A stretch of 64,000 nt of DNA, from NCBI RefSeq assembly GCF_001194135.2, contig NC_068992.1, positions 26,835,654 through 26,899,653 on the forward strand, written 5' to 3'. Positions 12,108 to 25,079 of the stretch are shown piece after piece. The position numbers and the translations under genes are program-made. The stretch's first letter is position 1, and each line of letters begins with the position of its first letter. Under the pieces are notes generated by a model, which saw only the letters and a list, made by a program, of their open reading frames with translations, ran no database searches and had not been told where the DNA came from. Origin of the DNA: Octopus bimaculoides. Lineage: Eukaryota.

Positions 12108-12920
12108 NNNNNNNNNNNNNNNNNNNNNNNNNNNNNNNNNNNNNNNNNNNNNNNNNNNNNNNNNNNNNNNNNNNNNNNNNNNNNNNNNNNNNNNNNNNNN
12201 NNNNNNNNNNNNNNNNNNNNNNNNNNNNNNNNNNNNNNNNNNNNNNNNNNNNNNNNNNNNNNNNNNNNNNNNNNNNNNNNNNNNNNNNNNNNNNNNNNNN
12301 NNNNNNNNNNNNNNNNNNNNNNNNNNNNNNNNNNNNNNNNNNNNNNNNNNNNNNNNNNNNNNNNNNNNNNNNNNNNNNNNNNNNNNNNNNNNNNNNNNNN
12401 NNNNNNNNNNNNNNNNNNNNNNNNNNNNNNNNNNNNNNNNNNNNNNNNNNNNNNNNNNNNNNNNNNNNNNNNNNNNNNNNNNNNNNNNNNNNNNNNNNNN
12501 NNNNNNNNNNNNNNNNNNNNNNNNNNNNNNNNNNNNNNNNNNNNNNNNNNNNNNNNNNNNNNNNNNNNNNNNNNNNNNNNNNNNNNNNNNNNNNATCTAT
12601 ATATATATGCTTGTATGCATACTTGTGCTTTCATATGAGTATATTACCTTGTGTGTGTATCTACGAGTGCATCCATATATACATTTGTGAATAAAAGCTA
12701 ATTGAAGACGTAGAAACGTAGAAGTAATAGTATCCACGCACATATACAAACTAAGGCACTCAGATATAGACTGCGAATGATTTGCAGATATATATAGCCT
12801 CATACACAGAGGTCCATGCGAAAATGTTGCGATTGTGTGTATGTGTGTGTGCGTGTGTGTATGTGTGTGTGTGTGTGCGTGCGTGTGTGTGTGTGTGTGT
12901 GTGTGCGTGTGTATGTGTGT
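12068..12920. repeat. (TG)n/(TA)n microsatellites around a gap
   Basis: Direct reading. Confidence 0.9.
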
Positions 12921-13557
12921 ATTTAGCGTACACTGTTACACTTCAATTTAGAAACAGAGCGAGGTTATTATCCATTACCCAGAGCAAGAACGATTTATAT
13001 GTTGCATTTACTGTAATTGCTTTTAATAATAAATCTAAACATGAGAAAAAATTTCGTAAATATTTTTACATTAATGGCGGTAATGTTTATTGATTTCATT
13101 AAAAAGGACATTTTGGGATTCCGACATTGGAACGTACATACACAAATATACACATATTTATATGCGTGGGTATATATATNNNNNNNNNNNNNNNNNNNNN
13201 NNNNNNNNNNNNNNNNNNNNNNNNNNNNNNNNNNNNNNNNNNNNNNNNNNNNNNNNNNNNNNNNNNNNNNNNNNNNNNNNNNNNNNNNNNNNNNNNNNNN
13301 NNNNNNNNNNNNNNNNNNNNNNNNNNNNNNNNNNNNNNNNNNNNNNNNNNNNNNNNNNNNNNNNNNNNNNNNNNNNNNNNNNNNNNNNNNNNNNNNNNNN
13401 NNNNNNNNNNNNNNNNNNNNNNNNNNNNNNNNNNNNNNNNNNNNNNNNNNNNNNNNNNNNNNNNNNNNNNNNNNNNNNNNNNNNNNNNNNNNNNNNNNNN
13501 NNNNNNNNNNNNNNNNNNNNNATACTTACACTCACGCACATACGAATATATGTATAT

Positions 13558-13565
13558 AGATAGAC

Positions 13566-13638
<73 letters not shown>

Positions 13639-13663
13639 TATAGATAGATAGATAGATAGATAT
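13558..13663. repeat. (AGAT)n microsatellite
   Basis: Direct reading. Confidence 0.98.
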
Positions 13664-13780
13664 ACGCAAGGGGGAACTGGAAAGTTCGTGGCTTTCGATA
13701 CTAGAATATACAAGAGGATCAGTTAATTATGATTTTATTCAATATATTCAGATTCCTAAAATTATCGCAGTGGTCCTTGA
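13663..13780. mobile_element. One end of a mariner-derived MITE
   Basis: tacgcaagggggaactggaaagttcgtggcttt resembles a mariner TIR (TACGAGGG...AAAAGTTC); no partner end seen. Confidence 0.5.
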
Positions 13781-14500
13781 TATATAAATATGCCATATAA
13801 ATTTAGTGAGATTCTAATGTGATGGTTATCTCCCCTGTCAGTCTACGAAAATGTGTTTTCTTACGGCTCTATGGGTTTAAACTCATATTTCTAGCAATAT
13901 AGTTGCTACCCAGCACCTTCAGTCACAGTTATGGACAATTGAATTTTTCGTTATATAGATGTATACAGAAATTACTGCGTTACGGATGTAATATTTTTCG
14001 GAGGTCTGTAATAACAGGAAATCACATAACGCGAAATTAAATTTTCCCTTGATTTTTATGATATAAAATGGTAACGCATTCTCACACAAGGAAATAGCGA
14101 GCGAGACTAGTATGCATAAAAAAATCACAATTTCTAAATATACTCAGTTTAATATGTAGAAAACATTTCTAGAAAAATATGTTAGGGATTAAAAAAGAAC
14201 CGTAATATCATTTATGTGTTTCGTTCTTACCACAAACCCTTTTAGAGTATTCTGAGAAGGTTGATCGCGGTGGAATAAGAGTTACTGCAAAGATGAAGTA
14301 GGACACTCTTCTATCTTACACTTCATCATCATCAACCCCAATTTGAGAGGCTAATAACTCATCCAAATTTGAAGAACAGTGCGAGTTCAATCCTAGGCGA
14401 AGCATATAGTTGCCTCTGATAAGACCCTATGAGGGAGGTGTCTGAGCATTCTACCACCACATCCGACCCTGGAATAAGGGTTGAAAGGAGGAATTGTTGA

Positions 14501-14502
<2 letters not shown>

Positions 14503-14574
<72 letters not shown>
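14503..14574. repeat. (TG)n microsatellite
   Basis: Direct reading. Confidence 0.98.
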
Positions 14575-14576
<2 letters not shown>

Positions 14577-16911
14577 AGTGTGGAGAGAAGAAGAGACAAT
14601 ATTTTGACAGAAAGGTAATATCAACCGATTTAATTATTATTTTTCTTCGTGTCGATATATTTAGTTAAAGATCTGTTTTTCGACCACACTACGAAAGGTT
14701 TTTCTGAAAAACAAGTTGTTTATGAATTAAAACGTTATCTAGACCAAACGTTAGAACTGTCTCATAAACATTTTCAGGGAAATGTTTTAGAAAATGTATC
14801 AATATTTTCAAATTGATTATTATTCTCTTGCAGTATAAATGTATTTGTGCCGGTAGTTTTTTTATAATATTTCATGATTTAACATCATGATACAGAAAAT
14901 TTACCTAGTATAACCACATTATCGGGACATACAAATTGATAGTTATTGTTAGTGCTATTTTCGTTTCACTCCTGGTTATTTCTGATAGAACAAATCAAAT
15001 ACTTTCCAGCCATAGGTTTCTGACCGGCATTGCTTCAATAACCAACGAAATACATAGAATTACTGTAATACCAGCTAAACCTCCTCCAAATCTCACGCGG
15101 AATCATACTTGCATCTCACCTGCACACGAGAGTTTTCTTTATAAGGCAGTGTTATTTTCAGCACGAATGAAATTCATTCTTGCAAGCAAAAATTCATGTA
15201 CATATTTACCTGTACAATCATCATCAGGATACATTTCTCTGGTATCACTTAGTCCTAAAAAATACCTGTATCATATATGAACCATAATGATTTCAGAAAT
15301 GGCAAGACGGCCAAAAATGCTTCGCGATGCCAATCGTTGTTGTTTCCATATAAAAATATATTCTACTGGAAATGAACGCACAATTTGTGATGGCTAGCAT
15401 AGTTTTCATCTTAAGATTGCATAATTTACTTTAGTACCAATATCAAATTCTACCCTTATAATCTTCCATAGCATGAAAGAAGACATTTAGGTGCCAACGC
15501 AACAATACTAATGTCAGCAATATAGTTTTATACTAGGAAACTTCAATGTCATTCCCACAAAAAGAGACTAAAATGAAAGGATTCGGATTCCAAGAGAACG
15601 ATATCTGAACCGTCATCTGTTGTGAATTCCATTAATCTTCGGAGAGAATAGAAAACGGGTTTTGCTGACTCCAGTTATTACGAGACTATCTAAATGAATT
15701 CAAACTTCGTTTGAAGAAATAAATTTACTCCAAGATTAGTCAAGTCCGTGAAGCTTGTCAGCTTTATTGCTCTGAGAGTTTAATCCAAAAGTTTAGATCA
15801 GATACCTTTATTAAAATTCCAGGTTTCTACAAAGAATCCAATATACTCTTAGAAATCAATAACACAAATTCATTGAAATCTCAAGTGCCACTTTATTCCA
15901 AACATTGTAGAGCAATATCAATAAACATGATTAATATTTTGCAATATAATCTCCCTAACTTTCACTTTAGAGTTGTTAATACTTTTAGTTTACACATTTA
16001 TTTATATATACATCGTTGTGTATTTACATGCATACTTGCGCACGCATGTACTAACATATGCGCACGCATATCTATGGACACAAATAGCAATACAGACAGT
16101 GACACTGTCGTCAGTCATTCAAATCGAGAAATGCCAAATGAAAATTCCAACTATTTCTTTTTATAAATTCAACTTATTTTAGTGTCAGTGTATGTCTGCA
16201 ACGTATCGTTCGTTCTGAGACGAAATATCGCCAAATACAAACGTGGAATTAAAGGTGAAATTGTTGTGTGTCTAACGAGGTATTACGTCACGAACAATGT
16301 ATGACAGAATTCATATACTTGCTCTGTAACTTTGCTATCGTTTATATTGGGTGATTGCTTCCCATGTTCAACATAGCGTCAAATAGTTTTGATTAGATGC
16401 ATAGGCAACAATTGATCATTGCCTGTAAAGAATGTGGTCTAAAATATATAAATATTAACAAATGTCAATGAGGGTAATCATATACTTCGTATGGGAAATG
16501 TTTCACTGATGATCTCTAATAGATGAAAATATGGACTAGTAAGTAAATTACGGTTGACCTTTTCATATCTATATAAATAGATATATGTGTCTTTGTGTGC
16601 ATATCTTCATATGAATGTACGACGGTTTTATTTGTTATGTGTCGTCTTCAATAATTGATTTTCCTTCATTGAACTCTAGGTATTGTCTTTATATTTTCTG
16701 TAAGTAAAAAGTTAGAAACGGTATTCGGTGCGTGCATTTATTAATATGATATTAGAGGTTTTGAAACTGGGAACTGATTTTTACAGTATTGATTGATGAT
16801 TCATGATGATGCCCACAATGTTTAAAGTGAGAATCTCAGACAAGAGACAACACTAACTTCTATGAACATGATACGATTAAAAACAAAGTAGTTATTGACC
16901 AAATCAACACC

Positions 16912-17200
16912 TGAGTCAGCGCTGTTCACCAATGTCTTACGACACGTTTTATCAATATACTTGTTTAGATCGATTGCCAAATTCTTGCAATTAGGATATT
17001 ACTTTTTGGTATTTTACTCCGCTGGAATTATATTTCGCCACTTTTTCGTATTTCTTCAGTGATATTAGTTATTTATTTTCGTAGTATCAGTTGATAGGAC
17101 ACGTGGGCTTCAATTATTAGTTGTGAAAACTTTAGCAGACATTTAAGCTGACTGGCAATAGTTATAAATAGCATCCGCTCAATCCCACTGTCTTAGTGTC
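16912..17200 (+). promoter_or_regulatory. Candidate Pol II core promoter (TATA plus Inr, upstream AP-1 and E-box motifs)
   Basis: TGAGTCA 16912-16918, CACGTG 17100-17105, TATAAATA 17163-17170, TTAGT with its A at 17195; motif match only. Confidence 0.25.
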
Positions 17201-18004
17201 TTTGTCCTCCAACCACCCTCTCTGTTGTCGCCATTCAACGGCTGAATCAGATTTCAAAGTCTGATTGATATATTTATGTCATCTTAATTTTTTTTCTTCT
17301 TCCTACACAGATATTGGCGATTGCTTCAAACTTTGGTGTGATTTCGCACAGAATTGGTCTCAAATTCAATTCAGTGCTTATTTAGAAACCCAATGGTATT
17401 AAAGAGAAACCCTGAAATTATTCCTCGTATATCTTCTAATAGACTTCAACAAATTTGCTCAAGGCATTCTTTCTCAAAGAATTGATTTTTCTATAACATT
17501 CACACCAAACTTCATCCCAACCGCAAACTTCATGTTCATTATACCTTCTCTGATGTCTACATTTGATGTATCTTTCTATCGCTCTCCCTTTCATTCTCCC
17601 ACGCTCACTTTCACCCTTTCTCTCATCTATTACATAGTTCGGATACGATGCGAAATAAATAGTTACTTCAACAGAGCCAATACAGTAGAAGGTTAAATGG
17701 TACCTGTGTACGTGGAAAGGCAGATTATGTATTCAAACACTCCACACACATATATCCATTTGTATATGTGTGTGAAGAAATATATCTGTGTGTATGTGTT
17801 TGTATCTGTGTGTGTGTGCGCGTGCGCATATAGTTATAATAGTGTCCATTGCACTGAAAATCATCATCGTTTTTCATTAACTTTCTTTCGCAGTTTGTAT
17901 GTAATTCGTAGTACGGCGTTCCAAATACTAGATTTAGTTATTTACCTTTACGTGAGTTCAACTTCCGATGAGATATAGTTTGCAATATATTATAGAGTAA
18001 CATT

Positions 18005-18221
18005 TGTTTCAAGCTGTAGCACAAGGCCAGCAATTTCAGGGGAGTGTGTAAATTGATTAAATGAGCTCCAGTGCTTAACTGGTACTTATTTTATCAACCC
18101 GAAAGGGTATGAGAGGTAAAAGTCAACATCGGCCTAATTTGAACTCAAAACGTACAGACAGACGAAATGCCGTTAAGCATTTTACCCGGCGTGCTAACGA
18201 TTCTGCCACATCGCCGCCTTA
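18005..18221 (-). mobile_element. SINE family A copy
   Basis: Full reverse-complement family A pattern. Confidence 0.9.
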
Positions 18222-18239
18222 TGAGTTCGAGAGAAATAC

Positions 18240-18452
18240 TGATTTCAAATTTTAACACAAGGCCAGCAATTTTAGGGCAGAGTTTAGATCGATTATATCA
18301 TCCCCATTGCTCACCTGGTACTTATATCACCCACGAAAGGATATGAAAGGCAAAGTTAACATCGGCGGAATTTGAACTCAGAACGTAAAGGTGGACGAAA
18401 TGCTACTGAGCAGTTCACCCGTCGTGCTAACGATTCTGCCAGATCACCTCTT
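18240..18452 (-). mobile_element. SINE family A copy, tandem with the previous one
   Basis: Family A pattern; decayed TSD gttcgagagaaatact / gttcgacagaaacatt. Confidence 0.9.
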
Positions 18453-18926
18453 TGTTCGACAGAAACATTAACAGTCAGATACTTTATTTGATTGATTCCC
18501 ACTTCCTTAAAACATTTGGTTCTGTTTTTATGTTAGAAATTTTAATCTATTATGTTCCTTCATAAAGCACATATTTTAATCTGATTCATCTTAGTATTAT
18601 TAAATATTCTCATCTCGCATCTAACTACCTCTCTTCCATTATATATGCCATTTCCCACATGATTATGTATTTCCCTGAGTCTTTCGCATAATTATATCGT
18701 TCTTATAATTCAACATTCGTGAAATATGCAAGTAGGTCTTCTATGACTAACATATTTTTTCCTTCGGTATTTGTAAAACCTTCCACTTTATTCACTTGTC
18801 CTTCCATGGCTATAGCTTCTTACACTATTACAATATATATGATACGTGGATATTTTTGTGTTAATGTAGACAATATCTTTTTATAGATTTTTCAGGTTTT
18901 CCGTGTCATTATTAACAATATCTTTA

Positions 18927-19470
18927 GGGGCAGGCGTGGCTGTGGGGTAAGAAGTTTGCTTCCCGGACACATGGTTCAGATTTCAGTCCCAGTGCGTGAC
19001 AACTTGGGCAGGTATTTTCTGCTGTAGCCTCGGACCGATCAAAGCCCTCTGAGTGGATTGCATAGATGGAAGCTGAAAGAAGCCTGTCGTATATATATAT
19101 ATATATNNNNNNNNNNNNNNNNNNNNNNNNNNNNNNNNNNNNNNNNNNNNNNNNNNNNNNNNNNNNNNNNNNNNNNNNNNNNNNNNNNNNNNNNNNNNNN
19201 NNNNNNNNNNNNNNNNNNNNNNNNNNNNNNNNNNNNNNNNNNNNNNNNNNNNNNNNNNNNNNNNNNNNNNNNNNNNNNNNNNNNNNNNNNNNNNNNNNNN
19301 NNNNNNNNNNNNNNNNNNNNNNNNNNNNNNNNNNNNNNNNNNNNNNNNCTAGCGGTTCGGCAAAAGTGGCCGATAGAAGAAGTACTAGGTTTTACAAAAA
19401 AAAAACCCAAAAAATTCTTCAAGGAGGTGCCCAAGTCCAGTGACTGAAACAAGTAAAGAATAAAAAACAC
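18927..19470 (+). mobile_element. SINE family B spanning a gap at its internal (TA)n
   Basis: A-box tggctgtgggg, B-box-like gatttcagtccc, CORE-like acaacttgggcagg, (TA)n/gap, tail gactgaaacaagtaaagaata. Confidence 0.9.
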
Positions 19471-19514
19471 TTAAACATATACAGTTTCACACATACACAT
19501 ATACATAAATATAA

Positions 19515-19545
<31 letters not shown>

Positions 19546-20578
19546 TAAATATTTTAATTGTGTATTGTATTCATTATTTCATACTTAAAATTTCAAATGC
19601 AAATTTCCATACTTTCTCCATCTATTTCTCTTAATTAATAGCTGATTAAGTTTTAGAGCTTTAATTGTCAATGTTAGTGTAGCTATTGTTTTTTGTCAGC
19701 ATCGTCTTATCAACTAATATACATGATATTTCTTCATATCATTGTAATTAAATGTATACATACCACTACTTAGCTTCCTAACAGAAGTTCTGTTTTGAAC
19801 ATAGCAATTAAATTTAAGTTTACAATATTTTTGCCGTTTAACACGAGATAGTATACTTTTTAAAAACTTTAAAAATTGAATTTATATCACAATTTATTTG
19901 CCGTTAGTTACACTGTTTAATTTTTAAAAAATTCAATATCATTAACCGAGGAAAATTATTTCTGATTTAATTATACATTCTGATTTACGTTACTTAATCT
20001 ATTTTTCAGTAGCTTCAATTTTATGAAATTTTACGCAGTCTTGTGACTCAACCGTTATCTAACTGCGTAATGGTAATTCTGCTTGTAGTTATGCGTTATT
20101 CATTTAGTATTATTAACATAAAATAATTATTTGTTCAGTATCTTCATCTGTGGAAAATTATCCCTGGTTTTAAAGTAATATATTATTTTGTTTATTCATT
20201 TACTTAATTGTCATTAACCGTACCGCCCATAGAGTTGTGCCTGATCAAATGGTTCAATAATGCAATCAATGATAATATAAAAGAATTATAGCAATGATAC
20301 TCTCCAAATTGGAACAGTTTAGTCACTGATGTATTTATTTCTTTATTTTATCCCCCATATATTCATTGAATTTTTCATTTACGTTATTATATTTAATCAT
20401 GCACCAAAGTCAGTTCCTGGTGATGATCTTATTGACGTTGTATTTGTTTGATAACATAATCCTGTGAGTTACTGACCTGAGAAAAAATATCCTTAATTTT
20501 AATGTCTAATAAAAGTTTTAGACATAAACTTTTATGTATTAACATTTTTTCCATGAAATTTAACTTATATAGTTATCA

Positions 20579-20961
20579 CGTTGTAGCCATCCGTCGGTTA
20601 CGACGACGAATGTTCCAGTTGATCCGATCCACGGAACAGCCTGCTCGTGAAATTAACGTGCAAGTGGCTGAGCACTCCACAGACACGTGTACACTTAACG
20701 TATTTTTCGGGGAGTTTCAGCGTGACACAGAGTGTAACAAGACTGGCCCTTTGAAATACAGGTACAACTGAAACAGGAAGAAAGAGTGAGAGAAAGTTGT
20801 GGTGAAAGAGTACAGCAGGGTTCACCACCACCCACTACCGGAACCTCGTACAGCTTTAGGTGTTTTCACTCAATAAACACTCCGGACGCTCAGTCTGGGA
20901 ATCGAAGCCGCGATGCTATGGCCACGAGTCCGATGCCCTAACCACTGGGCCATTGCGCCTC
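20579..20961 (-). mobile_element. SINE family C, full length with 13-bp TSD
   Basis: tRNA head (A-box tggcccagtggt, B-box ggcttcgattccc); TSD tatatagttatca at 20566-20578 and 20962-20974. Confidence 0.95.
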
Positions 20962-21034
20962 TATATAGTTATCATAAATATAACGGTTTTGTAATTATCA
21001 ATAGATGCTGCTAATTAGGAAGATTCTAATAATC

Positions 21035-21238
21035 CTTTCTACTATAGGTACAAGGCTTGAAATTTTGGAGAAGGAGGAAATTCGATTACATTAACTTCAT
21101 TGCTTAACTGGTATTTATCTCAACGACCCCGTAAGAATGAAAGGCAAAGTCGATCTCGATGGAATTTGAAATCAGAATGTAAAACCAGAAGTGTTGCTAA
21201 GCATTTTCTCCGGCATGCTGACGATTTTGCAGGTTCGA
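21035..21238 (-). mobile_element. SINE family A, diverged copy
   Basis: Family A pattern on the minus strand. Confidence 0.85.
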
Positions 21239-21309
21239 TCCCTCGGGGTAGATGTTCATAATAATACGCATAATTGTAATGTATAGAAATGAAACCAAAA
21301 TAGTGGCTA

Positions 21310-21632
21310 CAGATTTTGGCACAAGGCCTGAAGTATTCTTTACTACTCTAGGCACAAGGCCTGCAATTTTGGAGGAGGGGGCCAGTCGATTAGATCGACC
21401 CCAGTACGCAACTAGTACTTAATTTATCGACCCAGAAAGGATGAAAGACAAAGTCGACCTCGGCGGAATTCGAACTCAGAACGTAGCGGCAGACGAAATA
21501 CCACGAAGCATTTCGCCTGGCGAGCTAACGTTTCTGCCAGTTCGCCACCTTCCAAGGCCTGAAATATTGAACGAGAGGTTAAGTCGATAACAACAACTCG
21601 ATTGCTCAATGCCCAACTGATACTTTATTATA
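21310..21632 (-). mobile_element. Young family A SINE (21333-21552) nested in an older family A copy
   Basis: TSD caaggcctgaa at 21322-21332 and 21553-21563; the TSD is itself part of the family A tail. Confidence 0.85.
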
Positions 21633-21654
21633 GCCACTACGCTGTATCTCCCAG

Positions 21655-21779
21655 AGAACTACGTTAACGGTACACGTGCCTGTGGAGTGCTCAGCCACTT
21701 GCACGTTAATTTCACGAGCAGGCTGTTCCGTTGATCGGAGCAACCGTAACACTCGTCGTCGTAGCCGACGGAGTGCCGC
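21655..21779 (+). mobile_element. SINE family C, 5'-truncated
   Basis: gagaactacgttaa..cacttgcacgttaatttcacgagcaggctg..gacggagtgcc, followed by (GTT)n. Confidence 0.9.
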
Positions 21780-23065
21780 GGATTATTACTATTGTTGTTG
21801 TTGTTGTTGTTATTAGTATTCTTGTTATTATGTATTGAATGTGCCTCGCTTCGGTTTGTAGAACGATTTTTTCTATTGGAAATAAGCTGTTTTGTTAAGA
21901 CTTTTTTTGACATTTCCTAAAATAAGAACAGAATGACAGACGAATGCGAAAGTCACAAGAATGGTAATAATAACACAAGTATAATGTTAGCAATAACAAC
22001 AGCAAAAACTAAGAGGACAAAATTAACAAATAAAAGAAAACAGCAACGGAAACAAAGACTACAACGGCAGCAGCAGCAATTGAGGGAGCAACGGCAGCAG
22101 TAGTATAACAACAGCAACAACAGTTACAGCAACATAATAAAAAAAAACTATAACATCAGTAAGAGCAATAAGAACGTCATTAACAGCAAAGTTACCTTCC
22201 TTGGATTAACTTCTAAAGGGGAACTATACAGCCTCTCGGCGTTGAAGACAAGTGAACCAAATGAGAAGGCCTTCTACATTTCTGAAAATAAAGGGGAGAA
22301 GGATAGCGTTTCCAATCCTCCTGAAACTCTAGATACAACCGCTGGTAAGACTGTACTATCCCCGAGTTTGTTTATAAATTTGTTGCCTGCGGGGAACATT
22401 TTACATCGTCTCTAATGTAAGGCAGGACATATAGGACAAGGCAGTTCTTACCTCATATATTTCTTGATTGGAAGATACGAACATCTTTAACTCTAAACGA
22501 TCCGAGCCCAAAATTCCTCTATCTGTCATATATGTTAATTGATTAGTTCAGTACATCTTAAGCTGCAATACATTCAATTGAATAACCGTGGGATATTATT
22601 TATATTACAAACTTTGAATGTAATTATTGTAAGGTCGACATTGTTACAATATACAAATAGCCCACTTCTGTAAATTTACTGGTAACTCAGGTATAAAATT
22701 TCTCTGTCTCTTCAAAAAGCGTTTGTTTTGTAATTTTTGTTTTTTGTAGTTATGGTTGAGGATTTGGTTGAGCGAATATCAAATAAGTTAGATGAATGCT
22801 GCGTAATGATTAATTAATCTTTCTCTTGACATTGTCAGAAGTCATTCAAGGTATACATTGATGTTACACTATTCTAATATTTGTTCTACATTCTTAATTT
22901 CTAATTATCTCGTAATTATTTCCTATTCTCTGTAGTTTTTATCATATATTTTCCCATTTCCTCGTTTCCATACAAAGCCGAGATTTTCATTCATCCTCAT
23001 GAACATAAATATTTTCTATCTCTATAATATGCTTCTCAAAAATATTTTCTATTTTCATTTCATCG

Positions 23066-23104
<39 letters not shown>

Positions 23105-23445
23105 NNNNNNNNNNNNNNNNNNNNNNNNNNNNNNNNNNNNNNNNNNNNNNNNNNNNNNNNNNNNNNNNNNNNNNNNNNNNNNNNNNNNNNNNNNNNNNNN
23201 NNNNNNNNNNNNNNNNNNNNNNNNNNNNNNNNNNNNNNNNNNNNNNNNNNNNNNNNNNNNNNNNNNNNNNNNNNNNNNNNNNNNNNNNNNNNNNNNNNNN
23301 NNNNNNNNNNNNNNNNNNNNNNNNNNNNNNNNNNNNNNNNNNNNNNNNNNNNNNNNNNNNNNNNNNNNNNNNNNNNNNNNNNNNNNNNNNNNNNNNNNNN
23401 NNNNNNNNNNNNNNNNNNNNNNNNNNNNNNNNNNNNNNNNNNNNN

Positions 23446-23501
<56 letters not shown>

Positions 23502-24039
23502 AATGTGTGTGTGTATATTCTGCTGTTTTTTATTTACCGCCAAGTATTGGTTATTTCTACGAATCTGTTTATCGAGTTCACATAAATTGTTAATAATAGT
23601 ACCTTTGAAGACGTCTCAATGGACCATTACAGAGGGCACTTTATCACTGATGAAATCCAAGTACGATCGAAACTTATACTTGGTTGATCCTTGTTTTTCC
23701 CTCCGCAAAAACATCGTATGTCTGCTTATTGCCTACAGTGTTGTATACTGTAGAATAATATCTATAGATACATGTGCAATGTAGTATGGCATTGGAGGAA
23801 TACGCTGTTAATTTACCAGTAACTCATTATTTATGTTGTTGCAGATAAAAAAAAATATAGCGTCTATAAGTTTCTCATGAAATATTTCATCTCGTTCTTG
23901 TAGTTATCTATTCACGCACAGCTTTATAATTAACTACGATATCGATAAAGGTTACATTCTTTGTTATGCTTTCTGTCTTTCTATAGTTCTTCGCCCTTCC
24001 CTGTCTCTGTGTCTCTCTCATTTCCCATCTTGACTCTCT

Positions 24040-24083
24040 CCCTCTCTTTTTCCCTGTCTCTCTTTCTCTCTCTCTTTCACTTC

Positions 24084-24134
<51 letters not shown>

Positions 24135-24135
24135 T
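24040..24135. repeat. (CT)n microsatellite
   Basis: Direct reading. Confidence 0.95.
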
Positions 24136-24691
24136 TTCTTTCTAGCAGCTTTTTATCATTCTCCAGCTCTATTATTCGTTCTGCATCCTTTCGTCTCACA
24201 CTTACGCTTACTTGTTTTACTACAATAACTACTAATAGACTGAATTAATTATATCGTTTTTCAGTACAACAGAAACGCAGTCCATCTTCCTCTCTTGCCA
24301 ATCTTAACTTATCCATTCCGTTTCATTCACTCTCTCCGTTACAGCTCTCCATATTATTATATAAGTCTAGGTAATATATATCGAAGATATTTATCACAGG
24401 GCGTTCCATCTCTGACCATATCATTCTTTATTGAAGCAATATCAATGTGTCCTAAACATTTTTAAGATAGCCAAATCGATCTTAAGTCATGTTCAAGGCA
24501 AGGTTTGGGAGACGTTTGGTTGATATATGTAGGACATGGAGACAACCGTATAGAAGGCCCAATGAGTGAAATAAATATATCATTACTTTTGAAAATTACG
24601 CATAATGATGTCAATAGGCATCACGTATTGCAAGAAGAGTTACTTAGTAATGAATCTTTAGTGGTCTATAGTCTGTAGTCCTCAATAATGT

Positions 24692-25064
24692 GGAGGCGCA
24701 ATGACCTAGTGATTAGGGCGGGGGACTCGCCGTCGTAGGATCGCGGTTTCGATTCCCAGACCGGGCGTTGCTCGCGTTTACTGAGCGAAAACACCTAAAG
24801 CACTACGAGGATCCGGCAGGAGGATGGGGTGGCAAACACTGCTATACTCACCACAACTTTCTCTCACTCTTTCTTACTCTTTCTATTGTACCTGTATTTC
24901 AGAGGGTCAGCCTTATCACGCTCTGTGTCACGCTGAGTCTCCCCGAGAACTATGTTAAGGGTACACGTGTCTGTGGACTGTTCAGCCATTTGCACGTTAA
25001 TTTCACGAGCAGGTTGTTCCATTGATCAGATCAACTTCGACGGCGTAACCGACGGAGTGTCACG
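24692..25064 (+). mobile_element. SINE family C, full length with 15-bp TSD
   Basis: Head ggaggcgcaatgacctagtgattagg, B-box ggtttcgattccc; TSD agtcctcaataatgt at 24677-24691 and 25065-25079. Confidence 0.95.
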
Positions 25065-25079
25065 AGTCCTCAATAATGT

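Noticed and set aside
14900-15370. 114-aa plus ORF and a cluster of minus-strand CAG|GT donors (near 15115, 15207, 15265) with short open peptides
   Set aside because: No recognisable protein; putative exons have stops or are separated by impossibly short introns.
16500-16540. CTGATGA...GAAA hammerhead-like words here, at about 49160 (+) and about 58935 (-)
   Set aside because: Stems I and III or the cleavage triplet cannot be formed; expected by chance, and one lies within LINE coding sequence.
20880-20961. tRNA-like sequences at SINE heads (also 24692, 28237, 46600, 58780, 60458)
   Set aside because: A/B boxes are present, but there is no intact cloverleaf and each continues into a SINE body.
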